This document shows, piece after piece, positions 57,288 through 64,000 of a stretch of 64,000 nt of DNA. A model generated the notes under the pieces. It was not told the origin of the DNA. It was given only the letters and a program-made list of their open reading frames with translations, and did no database searches. How positions within the stretch are numbered: position 1 is the stretch's first letter; every line of letters starts with the position of its first letter. The DNA lies in the NCBI GenBank assembly GCA_035351315.1, contig DAOPVX010000002.1, positions 23,717 to 87,716 on the forward strand, written 5' to 3'. Both the position numbers and the translations under genes were made by a program. The stretch is from a bacterium (GTDB lineage Bacteria; Patescibacteriota; Patescibacteriia; Patescibacteriales; Patescibacteriaceae).

Positions 57288-59068
57288 GAACACATAATTG
57301 TGGCCAATTGCGTTTAGTTGATAACGGCCAGACGGTTACTTTAGCCGGCTGGGTGCAATCCTGTCGTAATTTAGGCGGCTTATTATTTATTGCTTTACGT
57401 GATCATGACGGTTTGACCCAATTAGTGATTGATTTAACTAGCCAGCCGCAAATTGCTGCTTTAGCCCAGGAATTGCGTGATGAATTTGTTATTAAGGCTA
57501 GCGGTCAAGTGCGTCCACGGCCGGCCGCCATGATTAACCCTGACATGGTTACCGGTGAAATTGAAGTAGCGGTTGATAGTTTGGAAATTCTTAATCGGTC
57601 CTTACCATTACCTTTTAATTTAAGCGAGGATAAAGTTGGCTTAGCCAGTGAAAGTTTACGTTTACAGTATCGTTTTTTAGATTTACGCCGACCCAATTTA
57701 CAGGCCATGCTAGCAGCCAAAGATCAGTTAATTCGTCAGATGCGTTATTATTTTCAAGCCCGTAATTTTATTGAAATTCAGACACCGATTTTAGCCAATT
57801 CGTCACCAGAAGGCGCCCGCGACTTTTTGATTCCTTCGCGTTTATTTCCGGGTCAATGTTATGCTTTACCGCAAGCCCCGCAGCAATTTAAGCAGCTGTT
57901 GATGATTGGCGGCTTAGATCGTTATTTTCAGATTGCTCCTTGCTTTCGCGATGAAGATAGTCGTCAGGACCGTCATTATGGCGAGTTCTACCAGCTGGAT
58001 ATGGAAATGAGTTTTATTGATAGCGAAGAAGATATTTGGCAGATTATGGAGCCATTAATGATTCAATTAACTAATGAATTTAGCGATAAACAAATTATTG
58101 GCCTGGTTGATGGTCGTTTGCCAAAATTGACTTGGCACCAAGCGATGACTGATTATGGCTCAGACAAACCGGATTTGCGCTTTGATCTCAAGATTGAGCC
58201 GGTGAGCCATATAGTGGCTAATAGCAGCTTGGCTATTTTTCAGACAGTTATTAATGATGGTGGAGTTATCCATAGCTTAGCGGTACCAGGCGACCATAAA
58301 TTAAGTCGCAAACAACTGGATGAATTGGTTGATTTAGCTAAGCTTAAAGGGTTGAGCGGCTTAGGTTATTTAATCTATAATGGGGATAATTGGCAAGGGA
58401 GTCTAGCTAAAAATTTAGAATCGGCTATCTTGCAGGAATTAGTCAGCGCTTTGAAGTTGGAAGTTGGTCAGACCGTTTTAATAGCTGCCGGTCAATGGCT
58501 GCCGGTTTGTCAAGCCTTAGGGGCTATCCGTAGCCAAATAGCTCAATGGTTTGCTTTGGCTGACCACAAGCTGGCCGCTTGGTGCTGGGTGATTGATTTT
58601 CCATTTTATGAGGTCGGTAACACTGTTACTGGTTTCGATTTTTCCCATAATCCATTTTCTATGCCCAAGGGCGGTCTTGATGCTTTAAAAAATCAGCCGC
58701 CGCTAGAAATTGTTGCCCATCAATTTGACTTAGTTTTAAATGGCGTAGAAATATCCAGCGGGGCCATTCGCAATCATCAGCCGGAAATTATGTATGAAGC
58801 TTTCCGTCTAGTTGGCTATGAACAGGCTGAAGTTGACCGCCGTTTTGGAGCGATGATTGAAGCTTTTAAATATGGCGCGCCGCCTCACGGTGGCAATGCT
58901 CCCGGCATCGATCGTCTTTTAATGGTGCTCAAGGATTATGATTCAATTCGGGATATTTATGCTTTTCCGAAAGACGGCCAAGGCCGCGACTTGATGATGG
59001 GTAGCCCCAGTCCGGTTGATCAGCATCAATTAACTGACCTAAATTTACAATGGTCAAAAAATAAATAA
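57281..59068 (+). CDS. aspS: Aspartate--tRNA ligase, bacterial type
   Basis: MLRTHNCGQLR, GWVQSCRNLGGLLFIALRD, FRDEDSRQDR, LNGVEISSGAIRNH and GAPPHGGNAPGIDRL. Confidence 0.96.
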   Translation: MLRTHNCGQLRLVDNGQTVTLAGWVQSCRNLGGLLFIALRDHDGLTQLVIDLTSQPQIAALAQELRDEFVIKASGQVRPRPAAMINPDMVTGEIEVAVDSLEILNRSLPLPFNLSEDKVGLASESLRLQYRFLDLRRPNLQAMLAAKDQLIRQMRYYFQARNFIEIQTPILANSSPEGARDFLIPSRLFPGQCYALPQAPQQFKQLLMIGGLDRYFQIAPCFRDEDSRQDRHYGEFYQLDMEMSFIDSEEDIWQIMEPLMIQLTNEFSDKQIIGLVDGRLPKLTWHQAMTDYGSDKPDLRFDLKIEPVSHIVANSSLAIFQTVINDGGVIHSLAVPGDHKLSRKQLDELVDLAKLKGLSGLGYLIYNGDNWQGSLAKNLESAILQELVSALKLEVGQTVLIAAGQWLPVCQALGAIRSQIAQWFALADHKLAAWCWVIDFPFYEVGNTVTGFDFSHNPFSMPKGGLDALKNQPPLEIVAHQFDLVLNGVEISSGAIRNHQPEIMYEAFRLVGYEQAEVDRRFGAMIEAFKYGAPPHGGNAPGIDRLLMVLKDYDSIRDIYAFPKDGQGRDLMMGSPSPVDQHQLTDLNLQWSKNK

Positions 59069-59073
59069 TTTTT

Positions 59074-60195
59074 ATGGAAGTGCGGACTTGGTTAGAATTA
59101 GATCGGGCGGCCATCGCCAATAATTATCAGCTTCTCAAAGATCGTTTGCGATCAGACTGTTTAGTGATGGGTGTGGTTAAATCTAATGCTTACGGCCATG
59201 GTCTGGTAGATTTTTCACAGCAATTAGCCCAACTAGGTGTTAATTGGCTAGGTGTTGACTCTATTACTGAAGGGCTGGCTTTACGGCGAGCGGGTATTAA
59301 TCAACCGATTTTAATTTTGGGCTATACTTTGCCTAATTTATTAGCCCAAGCGCGTCAAAGTAATTGTAGCGTGACGATTTCTAGCTGGGATAATCTGCGC
59401 GCCTGGGCGGCGCTGCCGGTTGATCAGCGGCCAGCGGTTCACTTGAAGCTAGATACTGGCATGACTCGTCAGGGTTTTGTGGAGCAGGATTGGTCCAAGG
59501 TTTTGGCCTTCTGGCAACAGCAAGCCGGTCATAATTCTTTAGAGGGAATATATACTCATTTGGCAGCTGCCAAGAACCCATCTTTTCCGCAATTCACTCA
59601 ACAACAGCTCAGCGCCTTTAATCGTGCTATCCAGCTAGCTAAGCAATTTCAGCAAACGCCTTTAAGCCATGCCGCTGCTACGGCCGGCGCCATAGTTTTT
59701 CCGGAAGCCCAATTGGACATGGTCCGTTATGGTATTGGTCTTTATGGTTTGTGGCCAGCTTTAGCCGTTCGCGAATTTTTGGTTGAACAGTTGCCGTTGC
59801 GGCCAGTTCTGAGTTGGCGCAGCTTGATTGCGGAAATAAAAATAGTATCAGCCGGCGCCAGTATCGGCTATGATGGTGCTGAAAAAATGTGGCGTGATGG
59901 CCGGCTAGCCATTGTGCCGGTTGGTTATTGGCAGGGTTTTGATCGCGGACTATCCAGTATTGGCCATGTTTTGGTTCATGGTCACCGAGCCAGAGTGGTC
60001 GGCCGTGTTTCTATGGATATGATTACTATTGATATTACCGATATTCCAGAAGCACAAGTCGGCCAAATGGTTACTTTATTGGGCCGTGATGGCCAGCAAG
60101 AAATTACGGCCGACGAGATTGCTTTGTTGATTGATACTAGCTGTTATGAAGTAGTTACCAGATTAAATCCGCTAATGAAAAAAGTTTTAAATTAA
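59074..60195 (+). CDS. alr: Alanine racemase
   Basis: VVKSNAYGHG (PLP lysine), KLDTGMTRQGF, YGIGLYG and VGRVSMDM. Confidence 0.93.
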   Translation: MEVRTWLELDRAAIANNYQLLKDRLRSDCLVMGVVKSNAYGHGLVDFSQQLAQLGVNWLGVDSITEGLALRRAGINQPILILGYTLPNLLAQARQSNCSVTISSWDNLRAWAALPVDQRPAVHLKLDTGMTRQGFVEQDWSKVLAFWQQQAGHNSLEGIYTHLAAAKNPSFPQFTQQQLSAFNRAIQLAKQFQQTPLSHAAATAGAIVFPEAQLDMVRYGIGLYGLWPALAVREFLVEQLPLRPVLSWRSLIAEIKIVSAGASIGYDGAEKMWRDGRLAIVPVGYWQGFDRGLSSIGHVLVHGHRARVVGRVSMDMITIDITDIPEAQVGQMVTLLGRDGQQEITADEIALLIDTSCYEVVTRLNPLMKKVLN

Positions 60196-60199
60196 TTTT

Positions 60200-61504
60200 A
60201 TGGAGAAGATTGGTCGTTATCCAGAGCCATTTAATGTCCAAGAAAAACCACTGACGGAAAAATTAGAGACCACTAATAAGCAGGAGCAATCTGATTTATT
60301 AGATCAAGCTATTTTTGCAATACAGCTTTTTCAAGCTGATCGTGAATATCAGTTAGCGGGCCAGGTCGGCAATCTGTCTGATAGTTTTGATAATTTTAAG
60401 CATTTTACTGACGATCTGCAAACGGCTGCTCGTTTGGCAGCTGAAAAAAAACAAGACTCAAGTCAGACGGATATTATTTATCAAGGATATTTGAAGGAAA
60501 TTGACAGGATTTATCAAAGTTTACCAGCGTATCACCTTGATCAGGCTTATAATGAACAATATTTTCAAACCAGAAAATCGGAATTAACAGCCGTTACTAG
60601 TTTTATTAATGAGATTATCAGTAAAGCCAAGCAAGAGCGCCCCGAACTTTTTATTGATGATCGAAGCACCAATGAACGAGCCGGCCTTTTAGATTATAAT
60701 TTATTACAACCAACAATCATCAGTGGTCGTGAGCATAATCCTGTATTGGCTGAAATTTTAAAAAAGCAAGGAGTCAGCCCGTTAGATAATTTGTTACAGA
60801 TTCATTTTCAACCTCTGTTTAAACAAGAAGGGACTGGCAATCGCTTGGCTAAAATAAAAGATTCTTTGGCTGAATTAGCTAAAGTAATTGTTGATAAATA
60901 TCCTCAAGTTCAAGGTGTCACTGGCACTTCTTGGCTTTTAGATAATGAAGCAGTTTGTCGATTAATTGGCTTTAAAGCCATCGGTCAAGTTGAGTATGGC
61001 AATTGGAATCAATTAATTGATCACACTGGGCAAATCAATCAGGAGCGGCTGTCTCAGCTGGTTAAGACTGGCCATTTGCCAATGAAGAATGTAATCGGTT
61101 ATATTAGCGTAGTGGATTTTTTGCAGAAATTTTTACCATCAGAGTACCGCGGGGTAGTTAATCTGGTAAAACTAGACTCCAATTGGGCCGAAGATTATAA
61201 TAATTTTAAAAATAATTTTCAAATTGAGAGGCAGCAATTATTAAAATTATTTATCGCTAACCAAATTAATAGTGAGGCCGAATTAAGACAACAGCTTGAT
61301 CATTGCACCACTTTTAAAATGATTTTGAGTCAGGCTGGTGTTTTAGATGATTTTATTGAATTATTGGATAAGCATAATTATCAACTTAACCAAATAGAAA
61401 AAAATAGTCCGCAGGAGACTAAAATAATAGCGGAAAAAATTAATAATTTAATTGTTTTAAAGCAACAGAAAAAAGAAATTAGTTATCAAGTGGAAATTAA
61501 TTAA
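60200..61504 (+). CDS. Hypothetical soluble protein, 434 aa
   Basis: A long uninterrupted ORF tightly spaced after alr. It has no TM segments and no confidently recognised motif. Confidence 0.6.
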   Translation: MEKIGRYPEPFNVQEKPLTEKLETTNKQEQSDLLDQAIFAIQLFQADREYQLAGQVGNLSDSFDNFKHFTDDLQTAARLAAEKKQDSSQTDIIYQGYLKEIDRIYQSLPAYHLDQAYNEQYFQTRKSELTAVTSFINEIISKAKQERPELFIDDRSTNERAGLLDYNLLQPTIISGREHNPVLAEILKKQGVSPLDNLLQIHFQPLFKQEGTGNRLAKIKDSLAELAKVIVDKYPQVQGVTGTSWLLDNEAVCRLIGFKAIGQVEYGNWNQLIDHTGQINQERLSQLVKTGHLPMKNVIGYISVVDFLQKFLPSEYRGVVNLVKLDSNWAEDYNNFKNNFQIERQQLLKLFIANQINSEAELRQQLDHCTTFKMILSQAGVLDDFIELLDKHNYQLNQIEKNSPQETKIIAEKINNLIVLKQQKKEISYQVEIN

Positions 61505-61517
61505 CTAGTTTAAAAAT

Positions 61518-62429
61518 ATGTCAGCCAAGTTAACTAATAATCAATTGCCGAAGTTTGGTTTTTTTTATTTATTATCGCTAATTTCTCTAATCTTTACCGC
61601 TATTCCGGCCGGATTAGTCGCTTTTCAGCTAATTAACAAATGGCTGCCCGATCCGCTGAGCGGCTATACAGTCAGCTATACTTCCAGCAGCTTAAAATTT
61701 GGTTTAGCAGCGCTATTAATTGCCGTACCGGTTTATTTTTGGACTAATCATCAAATCAATCGCGGTCTTTTAAAAAAAGAATTAGATCGTCGAGCTGATT
61801 TGCGGCGGTGGTTGATTTATTTTATTTTATTGGTAACAGCCGTGGTCATGTTGAGCTGGTTGATTGCTATTTTTTATCGTTATTTAGATGGTGAATTAAC
61901 CGGCCAATTTTTGGCTAAGTCAGCTGTGGCTATTATTATCGCCGCCGTCATATTTTTGTTCTATCGCTATGATTTACGTCGCGACCCTAAAAAAGCCAGT
62001 GATGCTCGCTATCTGCGCTGGTTTGCCTGGCCGGTTATTATTATGTTGGTTATTTTATTTATCAGCGGTTTTATGATTGCCGAAAGCCCAAAACAGGCGC
62101 GTCAGCGTCGCTATGATGAAAAGCTAATCGGCAATTTTTATCAAATTGATAGCGTTTTAAGTACTTATTATCAGCATAATAATCGTTTGCCCGATAGTTT
62201 GGATGAATTATTGTCGACGCCATATTTTTTAGATCGTCAAGCTTTGCAAGCCAGTGATGGTCAAAAGATTAGCTATAAGCCGCTCGGTGGCGCCAAGTAT
62301 CAGCTATGCGCCACCTGGCAGACCAGTAATTTGGACAATAACGATGGTGTCCGAACTATTGGTATTGAAAAATGGCCGCACCAGAGCGGTTGGCAGTGCT
62401 TGGAACAAACTATCTGGAGTGATGTTTAA
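61518..62429 (+). CDS. DUF5671-like multi-TM protein with a C-terminal pseudopilin-like globular domain
   Basis: Five hydrophobic helices precede IDSVLSTYYQHNNRLPDSLDELL...YKPLGGAKYQLCATW...WQC. That segment resembles the type II secretion/pilin G C-terminal pattern with a Cys pair. Confidence 0.6.
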   Translation: MSAKLTNNQLPKFGFFYLLSLISLIFTAIPAGLVAFQLINKWLPDPLSGYTVSYTSSSLKFGLAALLIAVPVYFWTNHQINRGLLKKELDRRADLRRWLIYFILLVTAVVMLSWLIAIFYRYLDGELTGQFLAKSAVAIIIAAVIFLFYRYDLRRDPKKASDARYLRWFAWPVIIMLVILFISGFMIAESPKQARQRRYDEKLIGNFYQIDSVLSTYYQHNNRLPDSLDELLSTPYFLDRQALQASDGQKISYKPLGGAKYQLCATWQTSNLDNNDGVRTIGIEKWPHQSGWQCLEQTIWSDV

Positions 62430-62462
62430 GAAACTATTGACGTTTGTTCGTTGCAGTCAAGC

Positions 62463-63347
62463 ATGTCGGTTCAGCGCATCACCATTATTTTGTTATTTAA
62501 CCTAACTTTGTGGTTAGGGACTGGTTGGTGGTCAGCGCAACAATCAGCCGCTCCGGATGTGCCTCAGTTTGTTTGGCCAAATCGTTGGCCAGAAATTAAG
62601 GTGTGGCCGGCCAGCAGCACGGTTGTCTGGTCGCCGCAACAGGGGAAATTAATCAGTCAGAATAGTCAGCAATTAAGACCAATCGCCAGCTTAAGCAAGA
62701 TGGTAACAGCTTTGGTGGTGTTGGGCGAAAAACCGCAGTGGTCAGCTTCGTATACTTTAAAGAATGAAGATCAGCGTTATGGCAATATCGTTTACCTCTA
62801 TCCTGGCGAAACTGTAACCATTAAAGATTTATGGCAAGCTAGTTTAATGGCTTCCGATAATACCGCTACTCAGGCTTTGATTCGGGCTGTCGGTTTGAGT
62901 GATGATCAATATCGGCAGAAAGTGACCGAACTGGCTGGACGGCTGCAAATTAGTGATTTGCAGATTAAAGAACCAACCGGCTTAAATCCCGATAATCAAG
63001 CTAGCGCTATGGCTATTGCTCAGATTACCAATGAAGCTCTCAATCAACCGGAGATTCAACAGTCAGCTTTGCTTGATCGCTATACATTCACCACCAAGTC
63101 CGGCCGACAGCAGTTGATTACTAATACTGATGGTTTTGTTCGCGGTTCAGCCGTTTTGCCGTCAGATTGGCAGATTGAGGGCGGTAAAACCGGCTATATT
63201 GATGAGGCCGGTTATTGTTTTGCAGCTTTGTGGAAGAATTCTGCTGATCAGCAATTGGTTAGTGTTGTATTGGGGGCACCGACCAAAGAGGGGAGATTCA
63301 CCATTACCAAGGCGCTAGTGGATTATGTTCAACAAAAATATTATTAG
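62463..63347 (+). CDS. D-alanyl-D-alanine carboxypeptidase (S11 family PBP)
   Basis: SLSKMVT (SxxK), ASDNTA (SxN) and GGKTGYI (KTG), with a signal-anchor N-terminus. ATG 62463 is preferred to TTG 62451. Confidence 0.85.
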   Translation: MSVQRITIILLFNLTLWLGTGWWSAQQSAAPDVPQFVWPNRWPEIKVWPASSTVVWSPQQGKLISQNSQQLRPIASLSKMVTALVVLGEKPQWSASYTLKNEDQRYGNIVYLYPGETVTIKDLWQASLMASDNTATQALIRAVGLSDDQYRQKVTELAGRLQISDLQIKEPTGLNPDNQASAMAIAQITNEALNQPEIQQSALLDRYTFTTKSGRQQLITNTDGFVRGSAVLPSDWQIEGGKTGYIDEAGYCFAALWKNSADQQLVSVVLGAPTKEGRFTITKALVDYVQQKYY

Positions 63348-63400
63348 CTAGCTGGTCAAATTGTTGAACTGTGATAAAATATTAAAAATAGATATTCAAT

Positions 63401-64000
63401 ATGAAAAAATTAATTATCGGTAATTGGAAAATGGCCCTGGGCTATCAACAAAGCCTGGAGTTAGCTGAAAATTTAGTGCTGAGCCAGCCGCCGCGGCCGT
63501 TATTGGCTGAGGTCGTAGTTTGTCCCAGCCCGGTAGCTATCTCGTCGGTTGCGAATATTTTAGAGGGCACGGCCATTTTTTGGGGCGCTCAAGATGCCGC
63601 TGAGCAAACACCCGGCGCTTTGACTGGTGAAACCAGTTTGGAGAGTTTGGTTGAGCTGGATTGTCGTTTTATTTTGCTGGGTCACAGCGAGCGGCGCCAG
63701 TTTTTTAATGAAACTGATGCTATTATTAATGCGAAGCTGCGAGCCGTTATTGAACGAACAACGATCAAGCCAGTGGTTTGTCTGGGTGAAGATTTAGCTA
63801 CTCGCCAATTTGGTCAGGCCGAAGAGAAAGTTAGTCGGCAGTTGCAGGCTGTTTTGGCTGGAATTATTCTACCGGCTGATCGCGAATTAATTATCGCTTA
63901 TGAACCGATTTGGGCTATTGGCACCGGCCAGACTAGCACTCCCGAACAGGCGCAAGCCATGCATCAATTTATTCGTCAAGAATTAGAGCAATTGGGCTAT
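63401..64000 (+). CDS. tpiA: Triosephosphate isomerase, 3'-truncated by the window end
   Basis: This ORF is not in the supplied track because it has no stop. Frame 2 reads MKKLIIGNWKMALG...LLGHSERRQFF...AYEPIWAIGTGQTSTPEQAQ, which are the canonical TIM motifs. Confidence 0.92.
   Translation, partial: MKKLIIGNWKMALGYQQSLELAENLVLSQPPRPLLAEVVVCPSPVAISSVANILEGTAIFWGAQDAAEQTPGALTGETSLESLVELDCRFILLGHSERRQFFNETDAIINAKLRAVIERTTIKPVVCLGEDLATRQFGQAEEKVSRQLQAVLAGIILPADRELIIAYEPIWAIGTGQTSTPEQAQAMHQFIRQELEQLGY

Noticed and set aside
4962-62462. Upstream TTG/GTG starts given in the ORF track for valS, tyrS, argS, trmD, murA, rpmC, rplE, rplF, adk, recO, the metallophosphoesterase and the carboxypeptidase
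   Set aside because: In each case an in-frame ATG a few codons downstream reproduces the conserved N-terminus of the family and removes overlap with the preceding gene. The longer forms are maximal-ORF artefacts.
1-64000. Alternative genetic code (UGA=Gly, code 25) as in some CPR lineages
   Set aside because: RF2 is present with an autoregulatory in-frame UGA. Several well-supported genes terminate at TGA at the expected protein length.
1-64000. CRISPR arrays, IS elements, integrases, prophage or toxin-antitoxin or defence operons
   Set aside because: I saw no spaced direct repeats and no transposase-, integrase- or Cas-like translations in the ORF track. Essentially all long ORFs are explained by housekeeping or envelope functions.

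Overview
This is a gene-dense, mostly plus-strand stretch of a small bacterial genome. By inference it belongs to the CPR/Patescibacteria type. The supporting traits are no rpmD between rpsE and rplO, ComEC without a beta-lactamase domain, a DUF5671/pilin-like membrane protein, a PEGA protein, a short pyruvate kinase and almost no Shine-Dalgarno sites.

Gene content, left to right:
- Anaerobic RNR (nrdD with a detached glycyl-radical tail, then nrdG).
- prfB with the classical +1 frameshift site, comEC, and a run of aminoacyl-tRNA synthetases (valS, tyrS, argS, pheS, pheT) plus mscS, gtrA, a KH protein and trmD.
- A compositionally foreign minus-strand HD-domain gene next to tRNA-Leu(CAA), then parA-parB.
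- A dTDP-rhamnose cluster (rfbCBDA), a short pyk, four GT2 genes and galU.
- A PEGA protein and murA on the minus strand, then ctpA, rpmA, and a GT-C-like membrane protein paired with a polyprenol-P GT2.
- tRNA-Lys, tRNA-Thr, rpmB and an M50 protease.
- The full str-S10-spc ribosomal cluster (rpsL to rplO, then secY, adk, map).
- ruvX, recO, aspS, alr, two unknowns, a D-Ala-D-Ala carboxypeptidase and the 5' part of tpiA.

I saw no rRNA, CRISPR array, transposase or integrase, and no recognisable defence or toxin system. The window is largely housekeeping. The observations most worth a second look are:
- the split nrdD;
- the GC-rich HD-domain islet at the tRNA-Leu;
- an orphan small ORF between fusA and tuf;
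- a 224-nt structured, repeat-bearing spacer between rpsJ and rplC;
- unusual extensions on several ribosomal proteins.

All functional calls rest on motif recognition in the supplied translations. No database search was run.
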